From Octopus sinensis (Eukaryota), in NCBI RefSeq assembly GCF_006345805.1, contig NC_043015.1, forward strand, positions 33,852,001 through 33,916,000: DNA of 64,000 nt. Reading direction: 5' to 3'. Position numbers and translations under genes: made by a program. The notes under the pieces are model-generated. The model searched no databases and had not been told where the DNA came from. It was given only the letters and a program-made list of their open reading frames with translations. This document shows positions 13,034-25,875 of the stretch, one piece after another (positions within the stretch are counted from its first letter, which is position 1; each line of letters begins with the position of its first letter).

Positions 13034-13258
13034 ATTTCTCTATTGCCCACAAGGGGCTCCACACAGAGGGGACAAACAAGGCCAGACGAACGGATTAAGT
13101 CAATTACAGCGACCCCAGTGCGTAACTGGTACTTAATTTATCGACCCCGAAAGGATGAAAGGCAAAGTCGACCCCGGCGGAATTTGAACTCAGAACGTAA
13201 CGGCAGACAAAATACGGCTACGCATTTCGCCCGGCGCGCTAACGCTTCTGCCAGCTCA
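13034..13258 (-). mobile_element. tRNA-derived SINE family B (Meta-domain-like), young copy
   Basis: Reverse complement reads gagctggcagaagcgttagcgcgccgggcgaaatgc...gttctgagttcaaattccgcc..gtcgactttgcctttcatcctttcggggtcgataaattaagtaccag. CpGs are retained. Confidence 0.88.
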
Positions 13259-13359
13259 TATAGTTCTGTCCCTCATACTCTAACCTGTCATCCAGTTCAA
13301 AAAGATCTTTCTCAATACTACCCACCCACTCAGTTGGGGGGGGTCTTGTTTTGTAAATT

Positions 13360-13560
13360 ATTTGGTGACCTCATTGCTGCTGGTGCCACATAAAATGTAC
13401 CCATACAAGTGGTTGGCATTTAGGAAGGGCATCCAACTATAGAAACCATGCCAAAGCAGTGTGCACAGTCCTCTGACTTGCCGGCTCCTGTCAAACCATC
13501 CAATCCAAGCCAGCATGGAAAACGGATGTTAAATTATGATGATGATGATGATGATGATGA
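13360..13560 (+). mobile_element. RTE-type 3' tail
   Basis: ggttggcatttaggaagggcatcca...cagcatggaaaacggatgttaaat(tga)n. Confidence 0.8.
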
Positions 13561-13574
13561 ATCTATCTATCTAT

Positions 13575-13775
13575 GTGTATGTGTTTTTATGTTTGTATTT
13601 GCCTCCTACAATTGCCTGCTAACAGGTGTTGGCTTGTCTATGTCCCTATAACTTAGTGGTTCAACACAAGAGACTGATAGAATAAGTAGCAGGCTTAAAA
13701 GATATAAATACTGGGATTGATTCAAGGCAGTGCCCCAGCATGGCCACAGTCCATTGACAGAAACAAGTTAAAGAC
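13575..13775 (+). mobile_element. SINE family A 3' half
   Basis: aacttagtggttca...gatagaataagta...aaggcagtgccccagcatggccacagtc. Confidence 0.75.
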
Positions 13776-14749
13776 AGAAGATAACTCCATTCCAGAGTTG
13801 AAACACTTTGGATGACAAGAGAAGGAGGCATTCAACAAGCTACTTGAAAGAGACACGGGCAGAGGCTGTATGGGGGGGGGGGTGAGGAAACAGTGTCTCT
13901 GTGATTCTCGGTGGCTGTAAGCATGCTGGACGTCAGTTATCATTAGAGATTCCACTGAACGGAGAGAGAATCTTGGAAGTCAGCTTTGTAAACAACTTCA
14001 GCCAAAATAAATTTGATCAAAGACAAATGTCACACAAAAGTGTATTGTTGTTGTTGTTGTGTTGTAGTTTTAGAGCAATGAAGAACCACTTCTATTGTTG
14101 GAAGTTGTCTGACAAATAAAATATTCATTCTGTTAATTGTGACGCAGAAGAATTGACAATATTTACCAAACTGTCCTCATGTACTTGAGCTGTATCATCC
14201 CATCCACACAGTCAACCCAACTCTTTATTAAATCAGGCGGTTTAATACTTTGGAACAGGGAATGACAGGAAATATAGTTAAAATGGGGGGTAGTGGTAGT
14301 GGTGGTAGTGCTGGTGGTGGTAGTGCTGGTAATGGTAATGGTGGTGTTTGGGGGTAGTCATGGTAGGGATGGTGGTCATAATGATGGGTGTGGCATTAAT
14401 GGGAGAATTATATTTATTTCTCTTTTCTTGAAAACAGATCTTCAAATAACAATTGAACAAACACACAAACCCTCCCCACTGCACACACACACAAATGTAC
14501 ACACATATATAGACACATGCAAATATCTATACCTATGTATCCACACACACACGCACACACACATGATAACATAACTTCATATGAAGCTGTCTGAGGTTTT
14601 TTTGTTTTCCACCAATTCTTCAGCTTTGTTCTTTGTTTCTTTGACAATGTCAATGGAAATAGTAACAGCTTCCTTCTTTGATGTATATATATGTATGTAT
14701 CAATGTAAATATAGATGTGTGTGTGTGTGTGTGTGTATGTATATATGTA

Positions 14750-15050
14750 TATCATCATCATCATCATCACTGTTCAGCATCTGCCCTCCATGCTGGCATG
14801 GGTTGTATGGTTTGGAAGGCGCTGGCCTGGCAGGAGCCTGCACCAGACTTCTGCCGAAACGTTGTGTTAGCAACAAACAAGATGAGGACAAATATCCATC
14901 AAATGTAAATAATGTAAATAATGTACATAATTCCTCATCTCTTAAGTATAGAATGCCCTTCCAAATGCCAACCACTTCATAGCATGGACTGGATGCTTTT
15001 TACTTGGCACCAGCACTGGCAGGGTCACCAAGGAACTTGCAAGACAAAGA
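14750..15050 (-). mobile_element. RTE-type 3' tail interrupted by a plus-strand SINE-D tail fragment (14852-14953)
   Basis: Tail motifs lie on both sides of gccgaaacgttgtgttagcaac...aatgtaaataatgtaaataatg, which also occurs reverse-complemented at 45445-45500. Confidence 0.75.
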
Positions 15051-15059
15051 TTATATAAA

Positions 15060-15515
<456 letters not shown>

Positions 15516-15519
15516 TCCA

Positions 15520-15990
15520 CTGGAGTGACTTTTGCTCTAACATTGAGGTTCTAGAAGAACCTTGATGCTGGCGAAGGTCACCAGCAATGAAGCAACTCTG
15601 CTGAAGAAACAGTTATGCTTGGCAGGTCACATTACCAGAATAGAGGATCCTTGACTTCCCAAGACCATGGTCAACCCTTTTCTGGTCACCATGATAGAAG
15701 ATCATCGAAGAAGAGGTTCAAGAACTCCTTAAAGAAATCCCTCTGTTCCAGCCAAACTGATCACCACTGGTAGTCTGGTCTTGCTATTGACTATGACACC
15801 TGACATTTTACTGTCCACTGGCAACAACTTCTTTTGACCATTCTTCCTGACAAGAGAAAAAGGAGGGAAAACAGGGACACTACAGCCATCCCTGGTCAGC
15901 CTAGCTTCCCATGCAGCCTTCTTGGTCATGCCTGTTTGCCTCCAATTGGACTCATTGGACATCAGCATGCTTGCAGCAAACATGGACATT
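15520..15990 (+). mobile_element. RTE/BovB-like LINE C-terminal relic
   Basis: EVLEE...LLKKQLCLAGHITRIEDP*LPK...SKKRFKNSLKKSL. Confidence 0.65.
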
Positions 15991-18499
15991 CCCCTCCATA
16001 AAGGTGGAATTTGGTGGAATTTGAACTCAGAATGTAAAGACAGATGAAATGCTACTGAATATTTTGCTTGGAGTGCTAACAGTTCTTCCAGCTCACTACC
16101 TTGATAATATTAGCAATCTTGATGACAGTTTAACAAATTATCAAAGTGATAAATGCAGTATAGATGATTCTTCATTCCAGCATGAGAAAAGCTAGTGATA
16201 ATAAAATATCTCCTAATATCAATACTAGCAATTTTCTTATCTGTCTTTAGGAATTCTTCCTTGTCAAATCCTATGAAAATTTGTGTAATTTTAGAGTGAA
16301 AGGAAATTGTCCACTCAATAGTCACTGCAAGCGTATTAATTTAGTTTATAAATTTACTGTTACACCCCCAGAATTCTTATAAATTCTGGAAGATATTACA
16401 CAGATTGTCACTAATTTTCTGAAAATACTCTAAGGAACTCTGCTTGCTGAACATATCTTAACCAGTTTCAAAGATTTCTCTGAATTTCAAAAGTTGATAA
16501 TGTAGTCTTGGTTACTTTATGTCTGAAAAATATTCTTCAAGGCAGTGCCCCAGCATAGCCATAGTCTAGTGAATGCAAGAAGTAAAAGAAAAAAAAAGGT
16601 GAAGAGTTAGTCCAGATGGTAGCTTCAAATTCAGTCTCTAAGTATTTTGAGTTCAAATCCCACAGAGTCAATGCGGGTTGGGAAAAATATAATTAACTAT
16701 CACTAGTCTATTAATTACTACTTCTTTTCAAAGATAGATAATCCAGTGCTGATTAGCTCTAACTCTTCATCCATAGTAATGGATAGACTTTGATCTAACC
16801 TTGATCCTGACCACACAGAAGATACACCTATATCTGCTCTTTCAGACTCAGATCTTTTGTACTTCTGTTAATTTTGCATTGAATACACTACGTATCCTGT
16901 TAAGTATAAAATTGTGTGACATTGTCTTCTAGCTAATAATACTTTGGTTGTTGAGGTTAACACTGTCTTCCTTCCTTAAAGCACAACCAGGACCAGGAAA
17001 AAATCTAGCTGGGATTCTTAGCCACATATTTTTGGATTTTCATAGTTGAAGAACGTCTTGGAAGACACTAGTATTAGTTGAGTCTATTGACTCTAGTCTC
17101 TGAGAGCTACTTTATAATATTGATTCAGGAAAGATGAATGAAAGTGAAGGTGCCTGGCACACTTGATCACACTATCTTAGTTTCGATTCCTGAAGGAGGT
17201 GATGCAGTGTATTCTTGTGCAGAATACTTTATTTTACATTGCTCCAATTCACTCAGCTGTTAATGAGTATCTCTGCAATGGACTGGCATTCTGTTCTGGA
17301 GTGATGATGAGATCTCACTCACTTATACAACAAGGAAACCAGATACCCATCCTGTGAGTCTAAGGACTCGAGACAGTATTGTCCAGAGGTTGATGATCAT
17401 GATGAAGGATGAATGACAGAATTGACCTTGATGGGATGTGAACTCAGAATATAAAGGTTCAAAACTATATACTGCCAGATATTTTGTTGTTCTGTAGCCT
17501 ATCTATGCTGTCCATGCTACACCTTTATATTCTGACTTCTTTCATAGACATCACTCTCTCTCTTTCCCTCCCCATCACCTCTCACACTTGGATGTCTATA
17601 ATAAAGACTTTCAGCTAATCAGACTCAAATTCTCTATTTCTCCACTCATAAACAATCCACTGGATTGTCTTCCTTCGAAAATCAATCTCAGTTACTCTTT
17701 TACCTGTACTCTTGTGCAAACTCCCTCAACTAGTTGTATTTATCTCTCTCTGTTTGCCTCTTTCTCAACAAATAATCACTGATGTCTCACACTGCACCTC
17801 CACTGATGCTCCTGGTGCAGTCACAGAGTGTTTAGTCCTCTTTCAATGCTTGCACCAATTGCTGTCTTCACTTAATCACACCAATAACAAATGCATCACT
17901 TAACAAAGGTCAAGTGAGGCATTCCCACATTCATGCCTACATTCAATATACACCCTTCTATCACTTCTCCTTTCGCTGGTTTTTACTACATACATAAAGA
18001 ACACTAATTACAGCGTCTATGTGTGTGTTCATGGTGTGTATGTATGTGTTGATATATGTGTGTGTTTATGGTATGTTTGCATTTTTGTTCTAATTACACT
18101 TTCTTTGAGTAAACTTTATTTAAAGTGTGACATGAGAAGAAAAAATTTCAATTTATCAAACAATTTTACAATTTCCTTGAATTTCTCAGAGTAAAACATG
18201 GACCAAAATTATTCATGAACTAATAGAATAAATACTAATACAGACGTATTCCACCATTATTACAATTTCTTCAATGAAAAACAAATGATGCCATTGTGTA
18301 TAGCACGGTCTGAAAGTCCAATGACCTCTTAAATTGTAGGTCTTTTGGTCAAAACATCATCACTGGACTGCCACAGATAATATTCCTTGTCTGTCACATG
18401 TAAGATACACCGGAGGTTGGTGCAGGTAGGGAAGGTATTAAGTCATCTGTTTCAGGGGACAGAGATTATTTTAATAATAATTAGTGCATCTAGAATAAT

Positions 18500-18787
18500 T
18501 GGGTTTCTGTTAATCTTATCAATAGAACAGCCTGCTTGTGAAACTAGTGCGCAAGTGGCCGAGTGCTCCACAGACACATTTAACCTTCATGTAGTTCTGA
18601 GGGAGATTCAGTATGACACAGAATGGGACAAGGTTGGCCCCTTTGAAATACGGGTACAACTCATTTTTACCAGCTGAGTGGACTGAAATAGAGTGTCTTG
18701 TTCAAGGACTCAATATGCTGCCAGGGACTGAACTCATGACCTTCTGATTGTGTGCTAAATACCTGAACCACTAAGCCATGTGCCTTC
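18500..18787 (-). mobile_element. tRNA-derived SINE family C (CORE-like)
   Basis: Reverse complement matches the 49950 copy: catggcttagtggttcagg...atgagttcagtccctgg...tccttgaacaagacact...cagtccactcagctgg. Confidence 0.8.
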
Positions 18788-18859
18788 ACTGCTCTTAACA
18801 TCCAGAGATATCATTTCATATTGACATCATGTGTTCATTAAGCACTGGCAGACAAAATA

Positions 18860-19312
18860 ATTCTTTCTACAACAGGTACAAGATCTGAAATTTTGTAGGG
18901 AGGGGTGAGTTAATTACAGGGACTCCAGTGCTCAACTGGTACGCATTCTTTTGGCTCTTAGAGGATGAAAGGTGTAGTCAGGGTTGATGGAATTTGAACT
19001 CAGAACCTAAATCTGGTAACAACACCACAATGCATTTTGTCCAGCATGGTAGCAATTCTGCTACATTGACACTTTTGAGGCCATTTTAACAATGACTTCA
19101 AATTGTGGCACAAGGCCAGCAATTTCTAGGGGAGTGAAGTAAGTCAATTACATCAGCCCCACAGCTCAGCTGGTACTTATTTTATTGACCCCAAAAGGAT
19201 AAAAAGCAAAGTTGACCTTGGCAGAATTTGAACTCAGAACTTAAAGATGGACAAAATACCACTAAGCATTTTGCCTTGTGTGCTAACAATTCTGCCAGCT
19301 CACTGCATTTGA
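18860..19312 (-). mobile_element. Two tandem SINE family B copies
   Basis: Both carry gaatttgaactcagaac and ctggtac..att...aggat motifs. Confidence 0.8.
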
Positions 19313-19925
19313 GGCCATTTTAAAAATGTCAACAGAAACTGAAAGAGGGGCATGAATTTGGTAACTGTGCAATGATTTCGGGGTAATGTGAAACAACTAA
19401 AGATATGAACAGCTAAACATCTTTAATGAATAAATGCTGTAACCAGGTACAGCAGACCATCTTTATGCACAATGTGTATTTTTCTTGACTGGAATATCTG
19501 GAATATACCAACAATTTTACTGTTTTATAGATTCGCTGTTAAAGATAATTGAGATGGTGAATAAAATGGCAATCTGATGCTAATATGGTTGTTGACCAGA
19601 TTGTTCTTCTTTATTTCTCCCAATTTGTCTTCTATTTATTCCATTATTTCATCAATAATTTCAGTTCAGGTTTTTCTCTGAGGAATTGAAGGAAATGGTA
19701 AAGCTGCTTGATAAATTGAAATGTCTTTTTCTCATTATACACTTTAAATGTTTACCAAGATTCCTGAAAGTATGTAATCAGGACAAAATGCATACATAAT
19801 ATCAACAAATGTAAACACGGGCACATGCATACATTTATATACATGTGTATGTGTGTGCATGTGTGTGTCTGTATACAGAGAGACAGAGGGGTAAGGTAGT
19901 GCTTATATATATATATATATAAGAG

Positions 19926-19975
<50 letters not shown>

Positions 19976-20063
19976 AGAACATATATATATATATGTAAGA
20001 GAACATATATATATACACATTCACTACAATGCTTCACTGTAGCTGAAATAAGAATGTAGACAC

Positions 20064-20378
20064 AAGGAATTTCTTGAAGGCCTGTGTTATAGTTTGTTGA
20101 CTTCTCCTCAGAGAAGACATACTCAGCTTCCTCCTCCAACCAACAGTACAAATCATATAAAATTCACCATTAATTTAACAGCATCACATTTTGTTTATTT
20201 AATGACAAATCTTTAAAATCATAAAATGTGCAGATTAGGCTCTCCACCATGGAGCGAGTCTAATTCATGACTGCTTTATAGAGCAGCTGTTTTTGCTATT
20301 TATTGGAGAAGGAAGCTGATAGTGTCTTCTCTGAGGAGTTATCAACAAACTGTGAAACAGTCCATCAAGAGACTCCTT
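20064..20378. repeat. Imperfect inverted repeat (about 83-bp arms, about 150-bp spacer), MITE/foldback-like
   Basis: Left agtttgttgacttctcctcagagaagacatactcagcttcctcctccaa versus right ttggagaaggaagctgatagtgtcttctctgaggagttatcaacaaact. Confidence 0.85.
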
Positions 20379-20539
20379 CTCCTTTTTTCATCCATACATC
20401 AGTAGTACAGACAGAATGTGTTTACACTGTTATTTAACACACAGTAAATCTCTGTAATATTTAAATATATATCAGTTATTCTGATCTGGCCTGTGTTTTG
20501 CATAATGTGCACATGAGTGTGTGTGTGTTTGTGTGTGCA

Positions 20540-20680
20540 GGGGTGGCCTAGTGGCTAGGATTTTGGGCTCATGATTATAAGGTTGTGAGTTTGAGTCCTT
20601 GACCTAGTAACCTATTGTGGAAAAGACATTTCATTTCATGTTGCTCCAGACTATTCAGCTGAAAATGAATACCAGTTTAG
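20540..20680 (+). mobile_element. SINE family C, decayed 5' part
   Basis: gtggcctagtggctagg...gtgagtttgagtcc...aagacatttcatttcatgttgctccag..ttcagctg. Confidence 0.6.
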
Positions 20681-20884
20681 TGCTGGTGCAGTCCTCTCTC
20701 CCTCTAGTTCTCACATTCAAGACATTTCTTTGGATTGAGGATGGTGGTGACAGTGAGGGGATCAAGTAGGGGACCATGTCTGCTCGTGGCTAAACAGGTA
20801 CCAAAAGTAATTACTGAAAGTATAGAAGATAACTACTAATTCATACTTGCTTGCAAATGACAGCTATGATATTTTTATATGTAT

Positions 20885-21205
20885 ACACATATATGGGTCT
20901 GAAGGAGATCTGCCCACCATAACAGAATTGAGACTTAAGAAGACCCACCTACCACATTGAGATCCTAAAACCAAGGAGCTACATAAACAAACCTGAGTGT
21001 GGGTGGTGGTGCCATGTAGAAAGCCCTGGTGATGGTGACATGTAAAGAGCATCCAGTATACTCTGTGGAGTGGTTGGCATTAGGAAGGGCATCCAGCCAT
21101 TGAAACGAAGCCAAAATAAGCTGTGAAATCTGTCAAGCCATCCAACCCATGCCAGCATGGAAAATGGACGTTAAATGTTGATGATGATGATGATGATGAT
21201 GATAC
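20885..21205 (+). mobile_element. RTE-type 3' UTR and tail
   Basis: acagaattgag...gagatcctaaaaccaag (as at 425-447), then gttggcattaggaagggcatccagcc...(GAT)n. Confidence 0.82.
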
Positions 21206-21211
21206 ATATAG

Positions 21212-21246
<35 letters not shown>

Positions 21247-21306
21247 TGCACACACACACACACACACACACACAATCACACATACTCAAAACCGTATTCC
21301 TCTTAA

Positions 21307-21519
21307 CCCTGTAGCATTCAGATTATTCAGTAATGCTTATTTATTCACATTGGTTTAAATTAACCATGCATTATCTTGTTGCTTTGAGATTTTCATGATG
21401 TGATTGCTTACTTTTAGAATGGCATTGCTGGGTAGGTTTGATAGGTCAGATGTGGCCAGTTTGAACATAAAACAGGTAGAATATTTGGGCCAGTTATGAC
21501 TGGTTTAAATGCTGAAGGA
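21307..21519. mobile_element. piggyBac-type MITE
   Basis: TTAA-ccctgtagcattcaga...tttaaatgctgaagga-TTAA: TTAA duplication with degenerate CCCT/AGGG termini. Confidence 0.8.
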
Positions 21520-22094
21520 TTAAACATTATTCTAACAAATAATTCTTTACTCATCAATACATTATAATCAGTCACTGAACTTCCAACCATGACCTCTCTG
21601 TTTCTTCCATTGACACTTCATGTGACATCCTATTGCATAAAGTTATCATGTATGATGCTATAGAACATGACTCTATAAACTATCATAGTTTATGATTTCT
21701 TGATCTATGATGTCATTGTGTATGATATCATAGGAGGATATACTCTGCTTCACTGACTCAGTACCATTCCTCACACTCAACTCCTCATCTTCCTTCTATT
21801 GTTCTCCAAAACCACAGACCTCTTCTAATCATTCTTTCCCAAACGTTGAGTCCATTGGGAATTTTTCACTATCCTCATTTTCTCCCAATTCATTAATTTT
21901 CAATAATTCAAAGTGAACAGTAGCTATACTTATCCCACACTACCATCGGCATCCTTCTTTCTGAGAGGAAAAAAAAAAGCTTAACAGATAGGAAAAGTTC
22001 TTCTCTTCCTTCTCAAACTACTGAATAAGAAATATGAACAATTTGCCTAAAGCCAGAAATTGTAAGAAATAGCAATCCTGCATTTATATAGCAT

Positions 22095-23030
22095 CAAATG
22101 TCCCTTACCATCATTCACAATGACACTATATACACCTTGCTATTATTCACTATGACATTATATCTACCTTGTCATCATTCACTATGGCGTCGTATGTACC
22201 TTGCCATCATTCACTGTGATATTTTATGTACCTTGCCATCATTCACTGTGATATCATATATGCCTTGCTGTCATTCATTATTACATCATACACAGTGATA
22301 TTATATATCAATATGCCATATGCTATTACATATCATGGGATATCATGCTATCATACTATATCATATTACATTATACACCATACCACATGCTGTTGTATCG
22401 TCAATTATAATATCATACACTATGGACATCATAGGCAATGATAACCATATACTGTGGCATTGTGTTGCAGTGTTGTAAGGCATTATATACATAATGTCAT
22501 CTTGCACTATTAAATGACACACTATGATACTACATGTGATGACATCAAAAATCCTGAGATCATACATTTTAACATCATATACTGTGACAAGATATATCAT
22601 GACATTAGGTACAAACAAATCAAACTGATAGCATCATACACTATGGTATCATATGCTGTGATACAATACATTGTGACATCATACACAATGACATCATAGA
22701 CTATGCCATCATATAACTATCTCATCATACACTATGGTATCATATGCTATGACACAGTGCACTGTGACATCATATCCTTTGACATGATATACTATGATGT
22801 CATATAGAACAACAGCAGATGCCATATATGTTAAATAATGACATCAGATGCTATCATAAAAATAATACTGTGACATCATAGCATTATACCAATGACATCA
22901 GATGGTATGATATGATAATACTATGACATCATACACAATGACATTTTATATAATAACATCTTATGTCTTGGTATGACACATAACAACATCAGACACAATG
23001 ACATCATAAGCTACAACATGATTTACGATA
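22095..23030. repeat. Degenerate tandem repeat (about 33-bp units, then about 15-bp atgacatcatacact-like units)
   Basis: Recurrent taccttgccatcattcactgtgat, followed by many tgacatca(ta) motifs. Confidence 0.8.
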
Positions 23031-23254
23031 TGAGTAAAGTTCCTGGTTAACAATTTATCCATTAAGGAATTGCTTTAAATACATAAATAAACAATTCATT
23101 TTTCAAAATCATGTCTGTGATTCCACGAAGAAACTCAAAGGAAATGGTAAATATAAGAAATGTGATTTATTATGTGTGTTTGTGCGAGAATGCACATTTA
23201 TCTATCAAAGCAGATGCATATGTACTTGTACACATACATACACAAACATGTGTG

Positions 23255-23302
<48 letters not shown>

Positions 23303-23574
23303 CACACACACATATGTGTATGTAAGTATATGTTCATATATTCTATATGTGTGTACATATAGGATTGCTTATAACTTTATATATGTGGTGTGCATGTCTG
23401 AGAAGTGAAGTTTTTTTAGTTGTAATTTTTGTAGATGCAGAGTTAAGCTTCTTCAGAATTGGATGGATTTTTGACCAATGTAACTTTATGAAATAAAGCT
23501 GGCATAAATCACCACCACCACCACCACCACTGAGTCCATCTTGAAGATCATTTCACTGTCCACCCTTAATAAAT

Positions 23575-24005
23575 CAGCTTAGGTGGTATTCCTCTGTCAG
23601 GTGGCAGTGACAAAAGCGGTTGTTGTAAAGGATGAAGTCGAAGTGATTGAGTATAGATTTCTCCTTCTTTGGTCAAACCCTCATTGACCTATTCAGGTTT
23701 GTGATTGTGGAAGAAAAGGGTTAGGATGAATGGAACTACCCTAAGCATGTACCTGCAGATTGGAGAAGGACATTTGGGAAAGGTCTTGTGCCCTATGTGG
23801 TCAGGGCAACCTTGAATCTTTGGGGTTTACTGATTCACACTAGTTGGTGGCTCTCCTTTGTCAGGAGGACAGAATAATCCATGTGTTCACTTATTTTGTT
23901 TACTATGTATACTTTAATTTCCTCTCCTCTTTCTCTCCCATTCTTTCCTCTCATCCTTCTTATATAAAAACCCTCATCTGATACTCCTGTGGCAAATAAA
24001 AGAAA
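23575..24005 (+). mobile_element. L1/Tx1-type LINE 3' end (ORF2 C-terminus and 3' UTR)
   Basis: VVFLCQVAVTKAV...FSFFGQTLIDLFRF...RMNGTTLSMYL, then a pyrimidine-rich UTR ending cctgtggcaaataaaagaaat(gat)n. Confidence 0.6.
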
Positions 24006-24044
24006 TGATGATGATGATGATGATGATCATCATCATCATGGTAT

Positions 24045-24916
24045 CATCTAGCTCTCACTATGTAAAGAAATCATTTTTGTCATTTCATTTGAAACACATT
24101 TTATTCAAACATTACCAAAATTGCCTAAGGAAGGTTTGCCTTCAATACTTGGGGAGTAGACAACAGAAAGAAAGAGGGTTGTGTTGCAAACTTTTAAGAT
24201 TTTACTTACATTTTTGCATTCAAAATGGCTACCACAGATAATTATTCTACAGCAAAAACACTGCAATAGCTACAAAAACAACACAAAATCGAAACACACA
24301 ACTAAATGTAGAGGAGGAAAAAGAAGATGAACAGTATAATGAACAACTGATAGAAGAAAATGTCACCAAATTCTCAAATAAGTCATTCAGAGGACAGCAA
24401 CAATAACAACAACACTAGCAGTAGCCACTATTGCATGATTGCAAATATTGTGGTCTATTCATACAGCAGTTGCATAAAGGCAAACCTTATTTCAATACAG
24501 AATGAACAGACAGAATTTTTATATCCATCACAGTTACAACAAGATAATGTAGGTGGGAGAATTTTGTGAAATCCAACAGCCTTTCTTTACCACAAGAGAT
24601 AATCCAGAGAAAAATTATATACTTCTGCTTGCAAAAAGGTGGAACTAGATTAAATTTTCCCTCATCATGTCAGATAGTTCAAGTTCTTCAGCTCTTCGGG
24701 ACATATTAGAAATAATTCTCACAATCAGAAAAGTTACCTTTAAAATTGAGTACTCTGACGAAACACTGGGTGGAATTGTCAAGCCTGTCTCTGATTATGC
24801 ATCTGTGTCCCAGTACAATGATCAAAGAATTACATTCACAATGAAGAGATACTGGACATGATACAGACACACAACAAGTAAGGGAAAGGGGTCAAAGCAG
24901 TCCGAAGCAGGGTTAA
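24045..24916 (+). repeat. Unclassified old dispersed repeat, copy 1 (paralog at about 32370-33690)
   Basis: Colinear blocks shared with copy 2: aattgcctaa, gtagacaaca, ttttacttacat, gaagatgaaca, tcaaataagt, tcacagttacaa, agagaaaaattatata, ttttccctcat. Confidence 0.75.
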
Positions 24917-25411
24917 CAATTGAACACTATGGTTGCTGTAATTGACTTGCCTCTTGGAATTGCTGGCCTTGTGCCAAAATTTGAAACCATTACCATTATT
25001 GTTATCATTGTCACCTTCCTCCTATCCTCCTCCTCCTCCTCCTCCCCTCCTCCTCCTCACCCACCACCACCATTCCATGTATTTATCCAGTTAGTTGATA
25101 TCATTTAAGTAGATTCAAGTTTGGAGATAATTTGAATGTTAAAATGTTCTGAAATAAAAATTAAAAAGCAGAGACAAGTGGTTTCTTGCTGAAGATGAAT
25201 TCCTCCAAGTGAGAGAAGTTATTTTAAATGGATCTTTAGAAAAGAAGCACGAAATTTATGGAAAATTATCCAAATACAATGTAATTTTTTTCTTTCATTC
25301 AACACAGGCATCTGAATGCATGTGTGCATGTGTGTATGTGTGTGTGTGCATGTGTGCATGTGTGTATGTGTGTGTGTATAATGATACAGATCTTCTTACG
25401 TAACTTCACAA

Positions 25412-25451
<40 letters not shown>

Positions 25452-25458
25452 ATGTATG

Positions 25459-25875
25459 GGTGCAGGCATGGCTGTGTGGTAAGAAGTTCGCTTCCCAATT
25501 ACATGGTTCTGGGTTCAGTCCCACTGTGTGGTACTTTGGGCATGTGTCTTCTACTATAGCCCTGAGCTGACCAAAGTCTTTTTGGAGGACTGGGAAGATG
25601 GAAACTAGAAGAAGCCTGTTGTATATATTTATTTCTATATATATATACATATGTATGTATGAATATGTGTATATGTATGTATCAGTGTGTGTGTGTGTGT
25701 CTGTCTCCCACCACTGGTTGATAGCCGGTGTTTGTTTGTTTACATCCCCCTAAATTAGTGGTTTGGCAAAAGAATCTTTAAAAAGAAAGTACTGGGGTTA
25801 ATTCGTTCGACTAAAACCCTTCAAGGTGGTGCTCCAGCATGGCTACAGTCTAATGACTAACAAGTAAAAGGTAAA
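25459..25875 (+). mobile_element. SINE family A
   Basis: Head, internal microsatellite and ggtgctccagcatggctacagtctaatgact tail. Confidence 0.87.

Noticed and set aside
12956-13393. 145-aa ORF
   Set aside because: Mostly antisense read-through of a SINE family B copy.
20325-20375. Hammerhead-like ctgagga...gaaacagtc in the right arm of the inverted repeat
   Set aside because: Stem I does not pair next to the core, and the mirrored arm lacks GAAA.
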